64,000 nucleotides of DNA. Origin: Colwellia sp. (lineage in GTDB: Bacteria > Pseudomonadota > Gammaproteobacteria > Enterobacterales > Alteromonadaceae). The stretch covers positions 6,602 to 70,601 of the forward strand of contig JADGDH010000001.1 in assembly GCA_016745015.1 (NCBI GenBank), given 5' to 3'. The translations under genes and the position numbers were made by a program. Under the pieces are notes generated by a model. That model was not told where the DNA came from, searched no databases, and saw nothing but the letters and a program-made list of their open reading frames with translations. Shown in pieces: positions 1 through 11,671 of the stretch. Numbering within the stretch: position 1 is the first letter of the stretch; each line of letters begins with the position of its first letter.

Positions 1-324
1 TAACTCGTTAGCGATGTCAGTACAGCTTTCAACTAAAATTTTAGATACTGGCTGACCATTTTCATCTGTTTGGTAAGTAACTAAGTTTTTACCTAACCAG
101 TTTTGAGCGAAATCTTTAATCTCTTCTTTGGTTTTAACTAGCTTAACACCGCCAGCTTTACCACGTCCGCCCGCGTGTACTTGAGTTTTAACAACCCACA
201 TATCGCCGCCAATTTTGTCAGCAGCCTCTGCAGCTTCTTGAGGGGTATCGCAAGCGAAACCTTCAGAAACTGGTAAACCATATTCAGCGAATAATTGTTT
301 CGCTTGATACTCATGCAAATTCAT
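1..324 (-). CDS. sucC: Succinyl-CoA synthetase beta subunit (5' part; runs off the window start)
   Basis: Not in the ORF track. Manual translation from ATG at 324 gives [62 protein letters not shown], the SucC N-terminus. Lies downstream of sucB. Confidence 0.96.
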   Translation of the reverse strand, partial: MNLHEYQAKQLFAEYGLPVSEGFACDTPQEAAEAADKIGGDMWVVKTQVHAGGRGKAGGVKLVKTKEEIKDFAQNWLGKNLVTYQTDENGQPVSKILVESCTDIANEL

Positions 325-554
325 GGTGTTTTATCCATTTATCTGTAAATGAAAGCTAGCGTTTTCCTTATCTTTTAATAGAAAATATTTAGTAAAAATA
401 TCTTTAGTAAAAAATAAAAACAAACAAAAGCCAATGAAAAGTTAACAAATTATAGTACAAAAGCTCTAGTGACGGTAGCCAAAAGAGCTAATACTATAGT
501 CTACTAAGTGATAGTTTTTCGTCTAATAAAATTTTATAAATATTAAACTAACAA

Positions 555-2021
555 CTATACATCTAAAAGTAAGCGTGCTGGATCTTCTAGTAATTCTTTA
601 ATTGTTACTAAGAAACTAACAGATTCTTTACCGTCAATTAAGCGATGATCATAAGAAAGTGCTAAATACATCATAGGCAATATTTCAACTTTTCCATCAA
701 CCGCCATAGGTCTGTCTTGTATTTTATGCATACCTAAAATAGCAGCTTGAGGTAAGTTTAGAATTGGCGTTGAAAGTAACGAGCCAAATACACCACCATT
801 AGTAATGGTAAAATTACCACCTGTCATGTCAGCAAGAGAAAGCTTACCGTCACGACCTTTAATTGCTAAATCACGAATGCCATTTTCAATACCAGCCATG
901 CTCAATTGATCTGAATCACGTAATACAGGAGTAACTAAACCACGCGGTGTAGATACTGCAATAGAGATATCAAAAAAGTTATGATAAACAATGTCATCAC
1001 CATCAATTGATGCATTTACTGCAGGAAAACGCTTAAGGGCTTCCGTTACTGCTTTTACGTAAAAAGACATAAAACCTAAACGCGTATCATGAGTTTTTTC
1101 AAAAACGTCTTTATATTGCTTACGTAAATCCATAATTGGCTTCATATTAACTTCATTAAATGTTGTTAACATTGCCGTAGAATTTTTTGCTTCTAATAAA
1201 CGAGTAGCAATCGTTTTACGTAAACGTGTCATTGGAACACGTTTTTGAGTGCGTTCACCTAAATCTTGTGTAACAGGTGCAGAAACTGCTTTTGCAGGAG
1301 GTACTGGAGCACTTTTAGCTGCAACAGCTGCATCAACATCTTCTTTAGAGATACGCCCGCCTTTACCTGAGCCAGTGACATCATTTGCTGACAAGCCTTT
1401 TTCAGTCATCAAGCGGCGAACTGATGGGCTAGCTAATTCATTAGTGCTTACAGCTTCGTCAGATGTTGCCGTAGCAGTAGCGTTAGCTGAAGCACCTACA
1501 TTTAATTCACCAATTTTTTGTGAGCCTAAAACGGTATCACCTTCAGCATGAATAATTTCACCAATCACACCGTTTTCTTGAGCTACCACTTCTAAAACAA
1601 CTTTATCAGTTTCAATATCTACTAAATTTTGATCAACTGATACAGTATCGCCTTCTGCTACATGCCAAGTTGCTACGGTTGCATCTGCTACAGACTCTGG
1701 TAATACAGGAACAATAATATCAATTACTTTGTTTGCTATTGCAGCTGTTTGAGGAGCTGCTGATTCTTCACCAACTTCTCCTTTACCTTCAGAGAAGGTA
1801 CCAATAACTTGATCGCCTAACACTGTTGCGCCTTCTACTTGGCTAATATCAGTCAAAACGCCGTCAACGGTTGCTGGTACTTCTAATACGACTTTATCAG
1901 TTTCAATATCGACTAATACTTGATCACGAGTAAATTTTTCACCAACTTGTACATGCCAAGTTGCTATGGTTGCATCTGCAACTGATTCAGGTAGTACCGG
2001 AACTTTGATTTCGGTTGTCAT
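555..2021 (-). CDS. sucB: 2-oxoglutarate dehydrogenase E2 (dihydrolipoyllysine succinyltransferase) with two lipoyl domains
   Basis: Two [12 protein letters not shown] lipoyl motifs, an E3-binding domain (SPSVRRL...[13 protein letters not shown]) and the catalytic YDHRLIDG motif. Follows sucA. Confidence 0.97.
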   Translation of the reverse strand: MTTEIKVPVLPESVADATIATWHVQVGEKFTRDQVLVDIETDKVVLEVPATVDGVLTDISQVEGATVLGDQVIGTFSEGKGEVGEESAAPQTAAIANKVIDIIVPVLPESVADATVATWHVAEGDTVSVDQNLVDIETDKVVLEVVAQENGVIGEIIHAEGDTVLGSQKIGELNVGASANATATATSDEAVSTNELASPSVRRLMTEKGLSANDVTGSGKGGRISKEDVDAAVAAKSAPVPPAKAVSAPVTQDLGERTQKRVPMTRLRKTIATRLLEAKNSTAMLTTFNEVNMKPIMDLRKQYKDVFEKTHDTRLGFMSFYVKAVTEALKRFPAVNASIDGDDIVYHNFFDISIAVSTPRGLVTPVLRDSDQLSMAGIENGIRDLAIKGRDGKLSLADMTGGNFTITNGGVFGSLLSTPILNLPQAAILGMHKIQDRPMAVDGKVEILPMMYLALSYDHRLIDGKESVSFLVTIKELLEDPARLLLDV

Positions 2022-2096
2022 TTTTTTTATTCCTTACAAACTTTTTGCACTTTGTGTCTAACTACTTTTTTAGTTAAACGCAGGTGCACTCAATAG

Positions 2097-4898
2097 TTAA
2101 TCTAATGTTAACGCTTGAGTGACAAGCGCTTGTTGTTCTTTCACATGCAGAGACATATAACCAACCGCTGGTGCGGCAGAGGCATTACGGCCAGCATAAG
2201 TCAAATAAGTACCTTTAGGGATAGCCGCTCTAAAATGATGCTGAGAACAATACCAAGCACCTTGATTTTGTGGTTCTTCCTGACACCAAACAAATTGCTT
2301 CACATGCTGGTAGTCTTTAATAGCAGCTTGAAGTTCTTTCTCTGGAAATGGATACAATTGCTCAATACGAATAATAGCAATATTATTAAGTTCATCTTTG
2401 CGACGTTGCTCAAGTAATTCGTAGTAGACTTTACCACTACAAAACACAACTCGTTCAACAGCTTTCGAGTCTAAATCGTCAATTTCACCAATAACATTTT
2501 TAAACTCTCCCGTTGCTAGCTCTTCTAAAGAAGATACGGCTAATGGATGACGTAATAATGATTTCGGCGACATCACAACCAATGGACGACGCATAGGGCG
2601 AACAACTTGGCGACGCAGCATATTAAATACTTGCGCTGGTGTTGAAGGTACACATACTTGCATATTGCAATCAGCACAAAGTTGCAAGAAGCGCTCTAAA
2701 CGAGCAGACGAATGCTCTGGCCCTTGACCTTCATAGCCATGTGGCAATAGCATAGTTAAGCCACATAAACGACCCCACTTTTGTTCGCCTGAGCTAATGA
2801 ATTGATCGAATACCACTTGGGCACAGTTAGCAAAATCACCAAATTGGGCTTCCCAAATAGTTAAGCCTGCAGGCTCTGCTGTTGTATAGCCATATTCAAA
2901 TGCCAATACAGATACTTCTGATAATACAGAATCATGAACATCAAAAGAACCTTGTTCTTCACTAATGTTTTGCAAAGGTAAATAAGTACTACCATCGTCT
3001 TGATTATGTAAAACAGCATGACGATGGAAGAAAGTACCACGACCTGCATCTTGACCAGTAATACGGACTCTATCACCAGCATCAACTATGGATGCGTAAG
3101 CGATATTTTCAGCCATACCCCAGTCTAACAATTTCTCACCCGTGGCCATTTTCATACGATCATCATAGATCTTTTTAACACGAGAATGTACAGGATGATT
3201 TTCAGGATAAGTAGAGACTTTAACAGCAAGTTCTTTAAGCTTATCAAGGCTCATTTCTTTATCGTAATCATCATCCCATTCATGACCAATATAGGGAGTC
3301 CAATCTACAGAATGCTCTGTCATTGGACGCCACTGATCAACGGTACACTGACCTTCATCTAATAATTTACGATAATATGAAGCTAGCTCATCAATATTAG
3401 TTTTCGTTAAGCTACCTTCGCGAATTAATTTATCAGCATAAAGTTGACGAGGAGTCGCATGCTTTTTAACAATTTTATACATTAATGGCTGTGTAGCACT
3501 TGGCTCATCTGCTTCATTATGACCATGACGGCGATAACAAACCAAATCAATCACGACATCTCGTTTAAATTCGTTACGATAATCAAGTGCAATTTGTGTT
3601 GCTAAAATAACCGCTTCAGGGTCATCACCATTAACATGTAATATAGGTGCCTGTACCATTTTAGCTATTTCAGTACAATATTCGCCTGAACGAGTATCTT
3701 CTGCTTTTGAAGTGGTAAACCCTACTTGGTTGTTTATTACAATACGTACAGTGCCACCTACTTTAAATGCACGCGCTTGCGACATATTAAAGGTTTCTTG
3801 TACAACGCCCTGTCCAGCAATAGCTGAGTCACCATGAATAGTAATAGGTAAAACCAAATCACCTTGATTACCATCACGCCTGTCTAAACGAGCTCGTACT
3901 GAACCAATAACAACAGGATTAACTATTTCAAGATGTGAAGGGTTAAACGCTAAGGCCAGATGAACCGTGCCGCCAGGGGTAACAAAATCAGACGAATAAC
4001 CTTGATGATATTTTACATCACCTGAGCCTAATACTTCATCGTGCTTACCACCAAATTCATCAAATACTTTTGATGAATTTTTACCCATAACATTCACTAA
4101 AACATTTAAGCGACCACGATGAGCCATGCCGATTACCATTTCTTTAGTGCCTGCAGCACCCGCTCGGTTAATCAGCTCTTTTAGCATAGGAACAAGTGCA
4201 TCGCCGCCTTCTAATGAAAAGCGTTTAGCACCCGGGAATTTTGCACCAAGATATTTCTCTAAACCATCTGCAGCAATTAAACCTTTTAGAATTTCAGTTT
4301 TTTCACCAACACTAAGTGTCAATTGAGACTGTATTGATTCTATACGATTTTGTAACCAACGTTTTTCATCCGTTGAAGTGATATGCATATACTCAGCACC
4401 AAGAGAACTACAATAAGTTTTTCTTAGTGCTTTATATAACTCACCTAACTTCATCGAGTCTTGACCGATAGCTAATGAGCCGACATTATATTCTTTGTCG
4501 AAGTCATTTTCGGATAAGTCATGATGTGAAAGCTGTAAATCGCGAACTTTATCACGCTGCCATAAACCCAATGGATCTAAATTAGCATTTTGATGGCCGC
4601 GAACCCTAAAAGCATTGATCAGTTGTAAAACTTTAACTTGTTTGGCGTCACCGCCGCTCGTAACAACTTGTTTTTGTTGTTGCTTAGCTAAAACTTTAAA
4701 TTCATCGCGAATAGTGCTGTGGCGATATTCCACCTCACTACCTTCAACTTTAGGAAGTTCTGAAAAGATTTCACGCCATTCTGCAGACACAGAGGCTGAG
4801 TTATCTAGGTATGATTCGTACAATTCTTCAATATAAACGATGTTACCACCGTTTAAGTGGGAAGACTCTAGCCAAGCCTTCATTACACCTTCTGGCAT
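2097..4898 (-). CDS. sucA: 2-oxoglutarate dehydrogenase E1
   Basis: 933 aa with KRFSLEGG, GMAHRGRLN, TPP motif HGDSAIAGQGVV and GQGPEHSSAR. Confidence 0.98.
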   Translation of the reverse strand: MPEGVMKAWLESSHLNGGNIVYIEELYESYLDNSASVSAEWREIFSELPKVEGSEVEYRHSTIRDEFKVLAKQQQKQVVTSGGDAKQVKVLQLINAFRVRGHQNANLDPLGLWQRDKVRDLQLSHHDLSENDFDKEYNVGSLAIGQDSMKLGELYKALRKTYCSSLGAEYMHITSTDEKRWLQNRIESIQSQLTLSVGEKTEILKGLIAADGLEKYLGAKFPGAKRFSLEGGDALVPMLKELINRAGAAGTKEMVIGMAHRGRLNVLVNVMGKNSSKVFDEFGGKHDEVLGSGDVKYHQGYSSDFVTPGGTVHLALAFNPSHLEIVNPVVIGSVRARLDRRDGNQGDLVLPITIHGDSAIAGQGVVQETFNMSQARAFKVGGTVRIVINNQVGFTTSKAEDTRSGEYCTEIAKMVQAPILHVNGDDPEAVILATQIALDYRNEFKRDVVIDLVCYRRHGHNEADEPSATQPLMYKIVKKHATPRQLYADKLIREGSLTKTNIDELASYYRKLLDEGQCTVDQWRPMTEHSVDWTPYIGHEWDDDYDKEMSLDKLKELAVKVSTYPENHPVHSRVKKIYDDRMKMATGEKLLDWGMAENIAYASIVDAGDRVRITGQDAGRGTFFHRHAVLHNQDDGSTYLPLQNISEEQGSFDVHDSVLSEVSVLAFEYGYTTAEPAGLTIWEAQFGDFANCAQVVFDQFISSGEQKWGRLCGLTMLLPHGYEGQGPEHSSARLERFLQLCADCNMQVCVPSTPAQVFNMLRRQVVRPMRRPLVVMSPKSLLRHPLAVSSLEELATGEFKNVIGEIDDLDSKAVERVVFCSGKVYYELLEQRRKDELNNIAIIRIEQLYPFPEKELQAAIKDYQHVKQFVWCQEEPQNQGAWYCSQHHFRAAIPKGTYLTYAGRNASAAPAVGYMSLHVKEQQALVTQALTLD

Positions 4899-5125
4899 TG
4901 CCTTTTCCTTTGGTAGGGGGGTAAAGCAACTAAAAAAATGTAATCATTTATCTTACGACTGTATCACCCAATTTCTGTGTCTAAAGTACTCGTTGACTAA
5001 CGTCAACTTCGTCCTTCTTTATAAAATTTGAACTCTACAACTTTAAGCTAAACAATTACCTGAATAAAGTTTTACTAAAATAACAGTATGCCTAAAAATA
5101 AAACATACTGAAACTTTAATTTGTT

Positions 5126-5152
5126 AATACCTAGACAGTTAGTCTAGGTATT
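5126..5152. other. 11-bp stem-loop in the sdhB-sucA intergenic region
   Basis: AATACCTAGAC-agtta-GTCTAGGTATT. Weak U-tail on the coding (-) strand, so it may be a stabilising or processing stem rather than a terminator. Confidence 0.5.
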
Positions 5153-5177
5153 TCCTCTATACTATTTACTTAAGCCG

Positions 5178-5885
5178 TTAAACCGCTCGACTTAATAACA
5201 TTGATTTAATATGACCAATAGCTTTAGTTGGGTTTAATCCTTTTGGACAAACATCAACACAGTTCATTATGCCATGACAACGGAATACACTATAAGCATC
5301 TTGCAAGCCATCTAAACGCTCTTCTGTCGCAGTATCACGGCTATCGATTAAGAAACGATAAGCGTGTAATAAACCAGCAGGCCCAATAAATTTATCAGGA
5401 TTCCACCAGAAAGACGGACAAGAAGTTGAACAACATGCACATAAAATACATTCATAAAGGCCGTCTAACTTATCACGTTCTTCAATTGATTGTATGTTTT
5501 CACGCGCTGGTTGTTGAGCATCGTTAATCAAGTATGGCTTAATTTTTTCATATTGCTCATAAAACTGAGTCATATCAATAATTAAATCACGTACTACAGG
5601 CAAACCAGGTAAAGGGCGTAAAATAATCGTACTGGCCTTTAACTCTGATAATGGCGTAATACAAGCTAAGCCGTTTTTGCCATTCATGTTCAAACCATCA
5701 GAGCCACAAACACCTTCGCGACACGAACGACGGAATGATAAACTTGAGTCTTTTTCTTTTAATAAAATAAGCGCATCAAGTACCATTAAATCAGAGCCAT
5801 CAGGTATCTCTAATTCGTAGTCTTTCATGTAAGGTTTAGCATCTACATCAGGATTATAACGGTAAATCGAAAATAACTGTTTCAT
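5178..5885 (-). CDS. sdhB: Succinate dehydrogenase Fe-S subunit
   Basis: RRSCREGVCGSDG, CILCACCSTSCP and CHGIMNCVDVCP cluster motifs. Confidence 0.98.
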   Translation of the reverse strand: MKQLFSIYRYNPDVDAKPYMKDYELEIPDGSDLMVLDALILLKEKDSSLSFRRSCREGVCGSDGLNMNGKNGLACITPLSELKASTIILRPLPGLPVVRDLIIDMTQFYEQYEKIKPYLINDAQQPARENIQSIEERDKLDGLYECILCACCSTSCPSFWWNPDKFIGPAGLLHAYRFLIDSRDTATEERLDGLQDAYSVFRCHGIMNCVDVCPKGLNPTKAIGHIKSMLLSRAV

Positions 5886-5897
5886 ACCAACTACTCC

Positions 5898-7664
5898 TTA
5901 GTAAACACGTGCTTTCGGAGGGAAAGCTTCGCGGTGAACGGGTTTCATATTAACATCACGCTTACTCATTTCTTCGCTCTCTGGCGTATAGATTGAGTGG
6001 CATAACCAATTTACATCATCACGTTCTGTAAAATCTTGTCTTGCATGTGCTCCACGAGACTCAGTACGGTAGTTAGCAGCTTTTGCACTACAAAATGCTG
6101 TTTCCATTAGATTATCTAACTCTAAACACTCAATACGTTGAGTGTTAAATTCAGATGATTTATCGTCTAACTTAGCATTTTGAAGGCGTTCACGAATTTC
6201 AGTTAACTCTTTCATGCCTTGTGCCATTGCTTCACCTTCACGGAATACTGAGAAGTTCATTTGCATACATTGTTGTAAATCCTTGCGAATCTGCACAGGA
6301 TCTTCACCTGTTGTCGAAGACTCCCAACGATTAGTACGAGCAAGTGACGCTTCTAAATCAGATTCAGACGCTTCTTTACCATTTTCAGTATCGTTTAAGT
6401 AAGTACCTAAGAAATTACCAGCTGCACGACCAAAAACTACTAAGTCAAGTAATGAGTTACCACCTAAGCGATTTGCACCATGTACTGATACACAAGCAAT
6501 TTCACCTACAGCGAATAAACCTTCAACAATAGTTTCTTTGCCATCAGCACCAATATTAAGTGCTTGGCCATTAACGTTACAAGGAACACCACCCATTTGG
6601 TAGTGACAAGTAGGTATAACTGGAATTGGCTCTTCTGCTGGGTCAATATGAGCAAAAGTTTTCGATAAATCACAAACGCCTGGTAAACGTTTATATAACG
6701 TTTCACGGCCTAAATGATCAAGCTTAAGTTTAATATGAGGACCCCAAGGACCGTCACAACCACGACCTTCACGAATTTCAGTCATCATTGAGCGGGCAAC
6801 AACATCACGACCTGCTAAATCTTTAGCATTAGGTGCGTAACGTTCCATAAAGCGCTCACCATCTTTATTAAGAAGATAACCACCTTCTCCACGACAACCT
6901 TCAGTTACTAGCACACCAGCACCTGCAATACCTGTTGGGTGGAACTGCCACATTTCCATGTCTTGCATTTGAATACCAGCACGAAGTGACATACCAACAC
7001 CGTCACCAGTATTGATGTGAGCATTAGTCGTTGAAGCGAAAATACGACCTGCACCACCTGTAGCTAAAACAGTAGCACGAGCTTTAAAGTAAACAACTTC
7101 ACCTGTTTCGATACAAATAGCGGTTGTACCAACTACAGCCCCATCACTATTTTTAACTAAGTCCAATGCATACCACTCTGAGTAAACATTAGTTTTGTTT
7201 TTAACATTTTGTTGGTAAAGACAATGAAGTAATGCATGACCTGTACGGTCAGCTGCTGCCGCTGTACGAGCAGCTTGTTCTCCACCAAAGTTTTTCGACT
7301 GACCACCAAATGGACGTTGATAAACCTTGCCTTCTTCCGTACGAGAAAAAGGCAAGCCCATTTTCTCTAATTCAATTACTGACTCAGGGCCAGTTTTACA
7401 CATGTATTCAATAGCGTCTTGGTCTCCGATATAATCAGAGCCTTTAACAGTATCATACATATGTTGTTCCCAATGATCTTCATGAGCATTACCTAAAGCA
7501 ACGGTAATACCACCTTGAGCAGAAACAGTATGAGAACGAGTTGGAAATACTTTAGAGATCAAGGCACAAGATTTGCCTGACTCTGAAATTGCTAATGCAG
7601 CGCGCATGCCTGCACCGCCTGCGCCAATCACTATGGCGTCAAATTCACGAATAGGAACGCTCAC
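5898..7664 (-). CDS. sdhA: Succinate dehydrogenase flavoprotein
   Basis: [15 protein letters not shown] covalent-FAD motif, [11 protein letters not shown]. Confidence 0.98.
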   Translation of the reverse strand: MSVPIREFDAIVIGAGGAGMRAALAISESGKSCALISKVFPTRSHTVSAQGGITVALGNAHEDHWEQHMYDTVKGSDYIGDQDAIEYMCKTGPESVIELEKMGLPFSRTEEGKVYQRPFGGQSKNFGGEQAARTAAAADRTGHALLHCLYQQNVKNKTNVYSEWYALDLVKNSDGAVVGTTAICIETGEVVYFKARATVLATGGAGRIFASTTNAHINTGDGVGMSLRAGIQMQDMEMWQFHPTGIAGAGVLVTEGCRGEGGYLLNKDGERFMERYAPNAKDLAGRDVVARSMMTEIREGRGCDGPWGPHIKLKLDHLGRETLYKRLPGVCDLSKTFAHIDPAEEPIPVIPTCHYQMGGVPCNVNGQALNIGADGKETIVEGLFAVGEIACVSVHGANRLGGNSLLDLVVFGRAAGNFLGTYLNDTENGKEASESDLEASLARTNRWESSTTGEDPVQIRKDLQQCMQMNFSVFREGEAMAQGMKELTEIRERLQNAKLDDKSSEFNTQRIECLELDNLMETAFCSAKAANYRTESRGAHARQDFTERDDVNWLCHSIYTPESEEMSKRDVNMKPVHREAFPPKARVY

Positions 7665-8012
7665 TTACACACCCCACACAATTGAAAAGCCAAACACTAC
7701 GTAGGCTAATAACAAAACTGAAAATAAAAACTGCAATACACCACGTAAAAATGCTGGTTTGATATAGTCTGACAATACTTGCCAAACACCAATTTTAGCA
7801 TGCACAAGTAACGCAAGTAACGATAACATTGTGGCAACCTTTACGGTCATGCAAGCAAAGAACCCTTGCCAAGCATCATAAGTAACACTGGGGGTTACTA
7901 TGAAAAAACCAGCAAGAAGTAAGGTGTATAGTACAAGAATAACTGCACTAGCTCTTAGAAGAATAAAATCATGTACGCCATTACGGCCTACTGAAGCGAC
8001 GACACTTACCAT
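7665..8012 (-). CDS. sdhD: Succinate dehydrogenase membrane anchor
   Basis: MVSVVASVGRNGVHDF...HAKIGVWQVLSDY. Start placed at ATG 8012 (115 aa, overlapping the sdhC end) rather than the ORF-track start at 8048. Confidence 0.93.
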   Translation of the reverse strand: MVSVVASVGRNGVHDFILLRASAVILVLYTLLLAGFFIVTPSVTYDAWQGFFACMTVKVATMLSLLALLVHAKIGVWQVLSDYIKPAFLRGVLQFLFSVLLLAYVVFGFSIVWGV

Positions 8013-8380
8013 AACCAAACTCCTATCACTGCAGATACAGCTAACCAAATAATCATAATTAATTTGGCACTGATATTACCCGAAACTAACTCTTCAAAGT
8101 GACCCAAATCCATGAACAAGTGACGAACACCTGCTAATACATGATAAGTCAGCGCAGAAAGACAGCCGAAAATAATAAACTTAAAGAAAAAGCCATCAAG
8201 ATAATCTTGAATTTGGGCAAATCCTTCAGCAGAAGAAAGAGAGGTTGAAAGGGTCAGCAATAAGATACCAATAGCAAATACCATAATTACACCAGAAACA
8301 CGGTGAAGTATTGAAGCATTAGCTGCTGGATGCATCTTTATTGTAGTTAGATCTAGGTTTACAGGACGTTGTTTTTTCAC
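8006..8380 (-). CDS. sdhC: Succinate dehydrogenase cytochrome b556 subunit
   Basis: RPVNLDL...SILHRVSG...YHVLAGVRHLFMD; GTG start. Confidence 0.96.
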   Translation of the reverse strand: MKKQRPVNLDLTTIKMHPAANASILHRVSGVIMVFAIGILLLTLSTSLSSAEGFAQIQDYLDGFFFKFIIFGCLSALTYHVLAGVRHLFMDLGHFEELVSGNISAKLIMIIWLAVSAVIGVWLW

Positions 8381-8744
8381 AATTGTTGCCTAAAGAGCTC
8401 GAAAGCCTTCAACTTTTATTATTGTTACTCATGAACTACCTTTTAGAATTTAGTATTAATTTCAATTTACAGAAAAAATACTAAAGAGATTACTAAATAA
8501 GTAATTCCCGAAATGAACGGTAACTGCCTTTTGTTAAGAAGAGAATCTGTTAATTATTTCTCTAGTTAACCGAAGTCGCGTAATAATAGCGAACTTAGCC
8601 TACATTGGCTAAGTAATTTTATTAATACTTTCGTATAAGAAAAGTTAGTTGAATCTAAACATAACATTTCATTAACAAGAATTTGTCTATCCATTTTCTT
8701 GTTAAAGTCACGAAATTACAAAAAAGCATTTACAGAACGACTAG

Positions 8745-8773
8745 ATTATATAGCTGATATAAAATAAATTCAA
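8745..8773 (-). promoter_or_regulatory. Probable sigma70 promoter of sdhCDAB
   Basis: Minus strand TTGAAT-17 nt-TATAAT. Confidence 0.6.
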
Positions 8774-8876
8774 TTTTCCTTATTCAGTCTTAGAAAAGAG
8801 CTAGCAGATAAAAAACAATTAACGGTTAATTTTTAAACGAATCCATGACCCCCATCAAACTTTAGTCTAATGGCTA

Positions 8877-8906
8877 TTACATTTTTATTATAAATTGAGG
8901 TAGAAT
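8877..8906 (+). promoter_or_regulatory. Possible sigma70 promoter of gltA
   Basis: TTACAT-18 nt-TAGAAT, about 150 nt upstream of the gltA ATG. Confidence 0.35.
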
Positions 8907-9052
8907 GTCAGCAGTTCGATTTACCCAAGTTAAGTCAAAATACTGATTATTTTTCCATTTCGCTTTTAAATAAGAACTATTCTTATCTACTGGTTTACCA
9001 AATATAATCAGAACAAAAATTGTACATTATAAAATCATAGGGGATAAAACAT

Positions 9053-10339
9053 ATGGCTGAATCTAAAGCTTCGCTAAGTATTGATGGTAAAGAAATTGCC
9101 GACCTGCCTATTCTTAAAGGCACTGCTGGTACCGACGTAATTGACATTAGAACCTTAGGTAGCCATGGCTACTTCACTTACGATCCAGGTTTTTTAGCTA
9201 CGGCATCATGTGAGTCATCAATTACTTTTATTGATGGTGGCAAAGGTGTTTTACAACATCGTGGTTATCCTATTGATAGCTTAGCTAAAGAAGCTGATTA
9301 TTTAGAAGTTTGTTATATTCTTCTTAATGGCAGTGCACCAAATAAAACAGAATATGATGAATTTAAAAACATTATTACAACTCATACCATGGTGCATGAA
9401 AAGCTAGCGCACTTCTTTCACGGTTTCTTACCTGATGCCCATCCAATGGCAATGCTCTGTGGTGTAGTAGGCGCTTTATCTTCTTTCTACCACAGCGATT
9501 TAGATATTAACGACCCTGCACAACGCAAACGTAGTGCTCATCGTTTAATTGCTAAAATGCCAACCATCGCAGCAATGGCTTATAAGTACAGTGTAGGGCA
9601 ACCTTTTGTTTACCCACGCAATGATTTAACTTACGCTGAAAACTTCTTACACATGATGTTCTCTGTACCTGCTGAAGAATATAAAGTGAGCCCTATTATT
9701 GCTAATGCAATGGATAGAATTTTCACTCTTCATGCTGATCACGAACAAAACGCTTCAACGTCAACAGTACGTTTAGCTGGCTCTTCTGGTGCCAATCCTT
9801 ATGCCTGTATTGCTGCGGGTATTGCTTCTTTATGGGGGCCTGCACATGGTGGAGCCAATGAAGCATGTTTAACTATGCTTGAAGAAATTGGTAGTTTAGA
9901 CCGTGTTGATGAATTTGTTGCTAAGGCAAAAGATAAGAATGATTCTTTCCGCTTAATGGGCTTTGGTCACCGTGTTTATAAAAACTTTGACCCTCGTGCT
10001 ACTGTTATGCGTGAAACCTGTCATGATGTATTAAAAGAATTAGGTATCAGCGATCCGTTACTTGATGTTGCTATGGCATTAGAAAAAGTAGCATTAGAAG
10101 ACCCATACTTCATTGAGAAAAAACTTTACCCGAATGTAGATTTCTACTCAGGTATTATCTTAAAGGCTATTGGTATTCCATCAAGCATGTTTACAGTAAT
10201 TTTTGCGATGTCTAGAACCGTTGGTTGGATTGCTCATTGGGATGAAATGTTATCTCAACCGGGTCAAAAAATCGGTCGTCCTCGTCAAAAATATACGGGC
10301 GAAATAAACCGTGAATTTATATCTTTATCGAAGCGATAA
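9053..10339 (+). CDS. gltA: Type II citrate synthase
   Basis: [35 protein letters not shown]. Divergent from sdhC. Confidence 0.98.
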   Translation: MAESKASLSIDGKEIADLPILKGTAGTDVIDIRTLGSHGYFTYDPGFLATASCESSITFIDGGKGVLQHRGYPIDSLAKEADYLEVCYILLNGSAPNKTEYDEFKNIITTHTMVHEKLAHFFHGFLPDAHPMAMLCGVVGALSSFYHSDLDINDPAQRKRSAHRLIAKMPTIAAMAYKYSVGQPFVYPRNDLTYAENFLHMMFSVPAEEYKVSPIIANAMDRIFTLHADHEQNASTSTVRLAGSSGANPYACIAAGIASLWGPAHGGANEACLTMLEEIGSLDRVDEFVAKAKDKNDSFRLMGFGHRVYKNFDPRATVMRETCHDVLKELGISDPLLDVAMALEKVALEDPYFIEKKLYPNVDFYSGIILKAIGIPSSMFTVIFAMSRTVGWIAHWDEMLSQPGQKIGRPRQKYTGEINREFISLSKR

Positions 10340-10354
10340 TTAATATCAAATAAC

Positions 10355-10382
10355 AAAAAAGGTAGCATTTGCTACCTTTTTT
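10355..10382 (+). terminator. Intrinsic terminator after gltA
   Basis: AAAAAAGGTAGC-attt-GCTACCTTTTTT. Confidence 0.85.
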
Positions 10383-10852
10383 ATTGCGTATAATTAATTA
10401 TATATTTAACCCCCCCACTAAAAATGATTATTTTTCAACCAAAATAAGTTTAAAATTGATAAAAGGACTATAATCCTTATTTATTAAAACAATAACAATT
10501 ATTCATAAAAAAAATACATTCATAACTTTATATGTGAAAAATATTGTCTAACGGATACTTTTATTACTATTTCCTTTGTATTATCTCTAAAAATTATTTA
10601 AAGAAAATAATCAAAAACTACTAATATTGATTAAATAATGTCAGGTAGTCACCGTTAAAACATCTTAACCAAATATACTGTATGCCCTAAGCAATCACGT
10701 TCTAAAAACAGAGGTTGTTAAGTGATAATCTGATGTTCTTTATAAAACAACCTATATTTATTCCCCTTAAATGACATTACTTTGTTTTAACCACTACTAT
10801 TAACTCTGTATAATAAGGATTGTTAATTTTGATCAATTAAGTACTTATTTTT

Positions 10853-11671
10853 ATGTCAGATTATTCTTTAAGATTTGGCGGCATTGCCCGTCTATATGGC
10901 CAAAATGGCGCTCAAATTTTACAAAATTCACATTTTTGTATTATAGGTATTGGAGGTGTTGGCTCTTGGGTGGCTGAAGCACTTGCTAGAAACGGTATAG
11001 GCAATTTAACCTTGATTGATCTTGATGACATTTGTATTACAAATATAAATCGTCAAATTCACGCACTGAGTGAAACTATTGGTGAAAGTAAGGTTGATGT
11101 AATGTGTGAACGCATCAAACAAATCAACCCTGATTGCCAAATTAATATTGTTGAAGATTTTGTCACAGTAGAAAACCTAAGCAATTTACTTAACCATAAT
11201 TATGACTATGTTATTGATGCAATTGATTCCGTTGATATAAAAACACGTATTATTGCCTACTGTAAACGCAATAAACTACCAATAATCACTATTGGCGGTG
11301 CAGGTGGCCAAGTAGACCCGAGTAAAATAGCCATCACCGATTTAAGTAAAACTTACCAAGATCCTCTTCTTGCCAAAGTTAAAAATCAATTAAGGCGTGA
11401 ATTTAACTTTCCTCGTGCAGATATTACAAAGGCGAGTAAAAGAAAGTTTTCTATCGATGCCGTTTTTTCTACTGAGCAGTTGCGCTACCCAACTGAGCTG
11501 GGAGAAGTTTGCTTAGCAAAACCTGACGTTAGTGATGGTAACAATAGTGCAATGCGCTTAGATTGTAGTGGAGGTTTTGGTGCTACTACCCATGTAACAG
11601 CAACTTTTGCTTTTTTTGCCGTGGGTAGAGCGATAGATAAGTTATTAAAAAAGCAAGAAACTATATCCTAG
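10853..11671 (+). CDS. tcdA: tRNA cyclic t6A dehydratase (ThiF/E1-like)
   Basis: RFGGIARLYG, GIGGVGSWVAEAL, NINRQIH, DPLLAKVK..LRR. Convergent with csdA-csdE as in enterobacteria. Confidence 0.92.
   Translation: MSDYSLRFGGIARLYGQNGAQILQNSHFCIIGIGGVGSWVAEALARNGIGNLTLIDLDDICITNINRQIHALSETIGESKVDVMCERIKQINPDCQINIVEDFVTVENLSNLLNHNYDYVIDAIDSVDIKTRIIAYCKRNKLPIITIGGAGGQVDPSKIAITDLSKTYQDPLLAKVKNQLRREFNFPRADITKASKRKFSIDAVFSTEQLRYPTELGEVCLAKPDVSDGNNSAMRLDCSGGFGATTHVTATFAFFAVGRAIDKLLKKQETIS

Noticed and set aside
10383-10852. 470-nt AT-rich gltA-tcdA spacer with an AGGTTGTT/AACAACCT inverted repeat
   Set aside because: No ORF over a few codons and only one 8-bp stem; insufficient for an sRNA or mobile-element call
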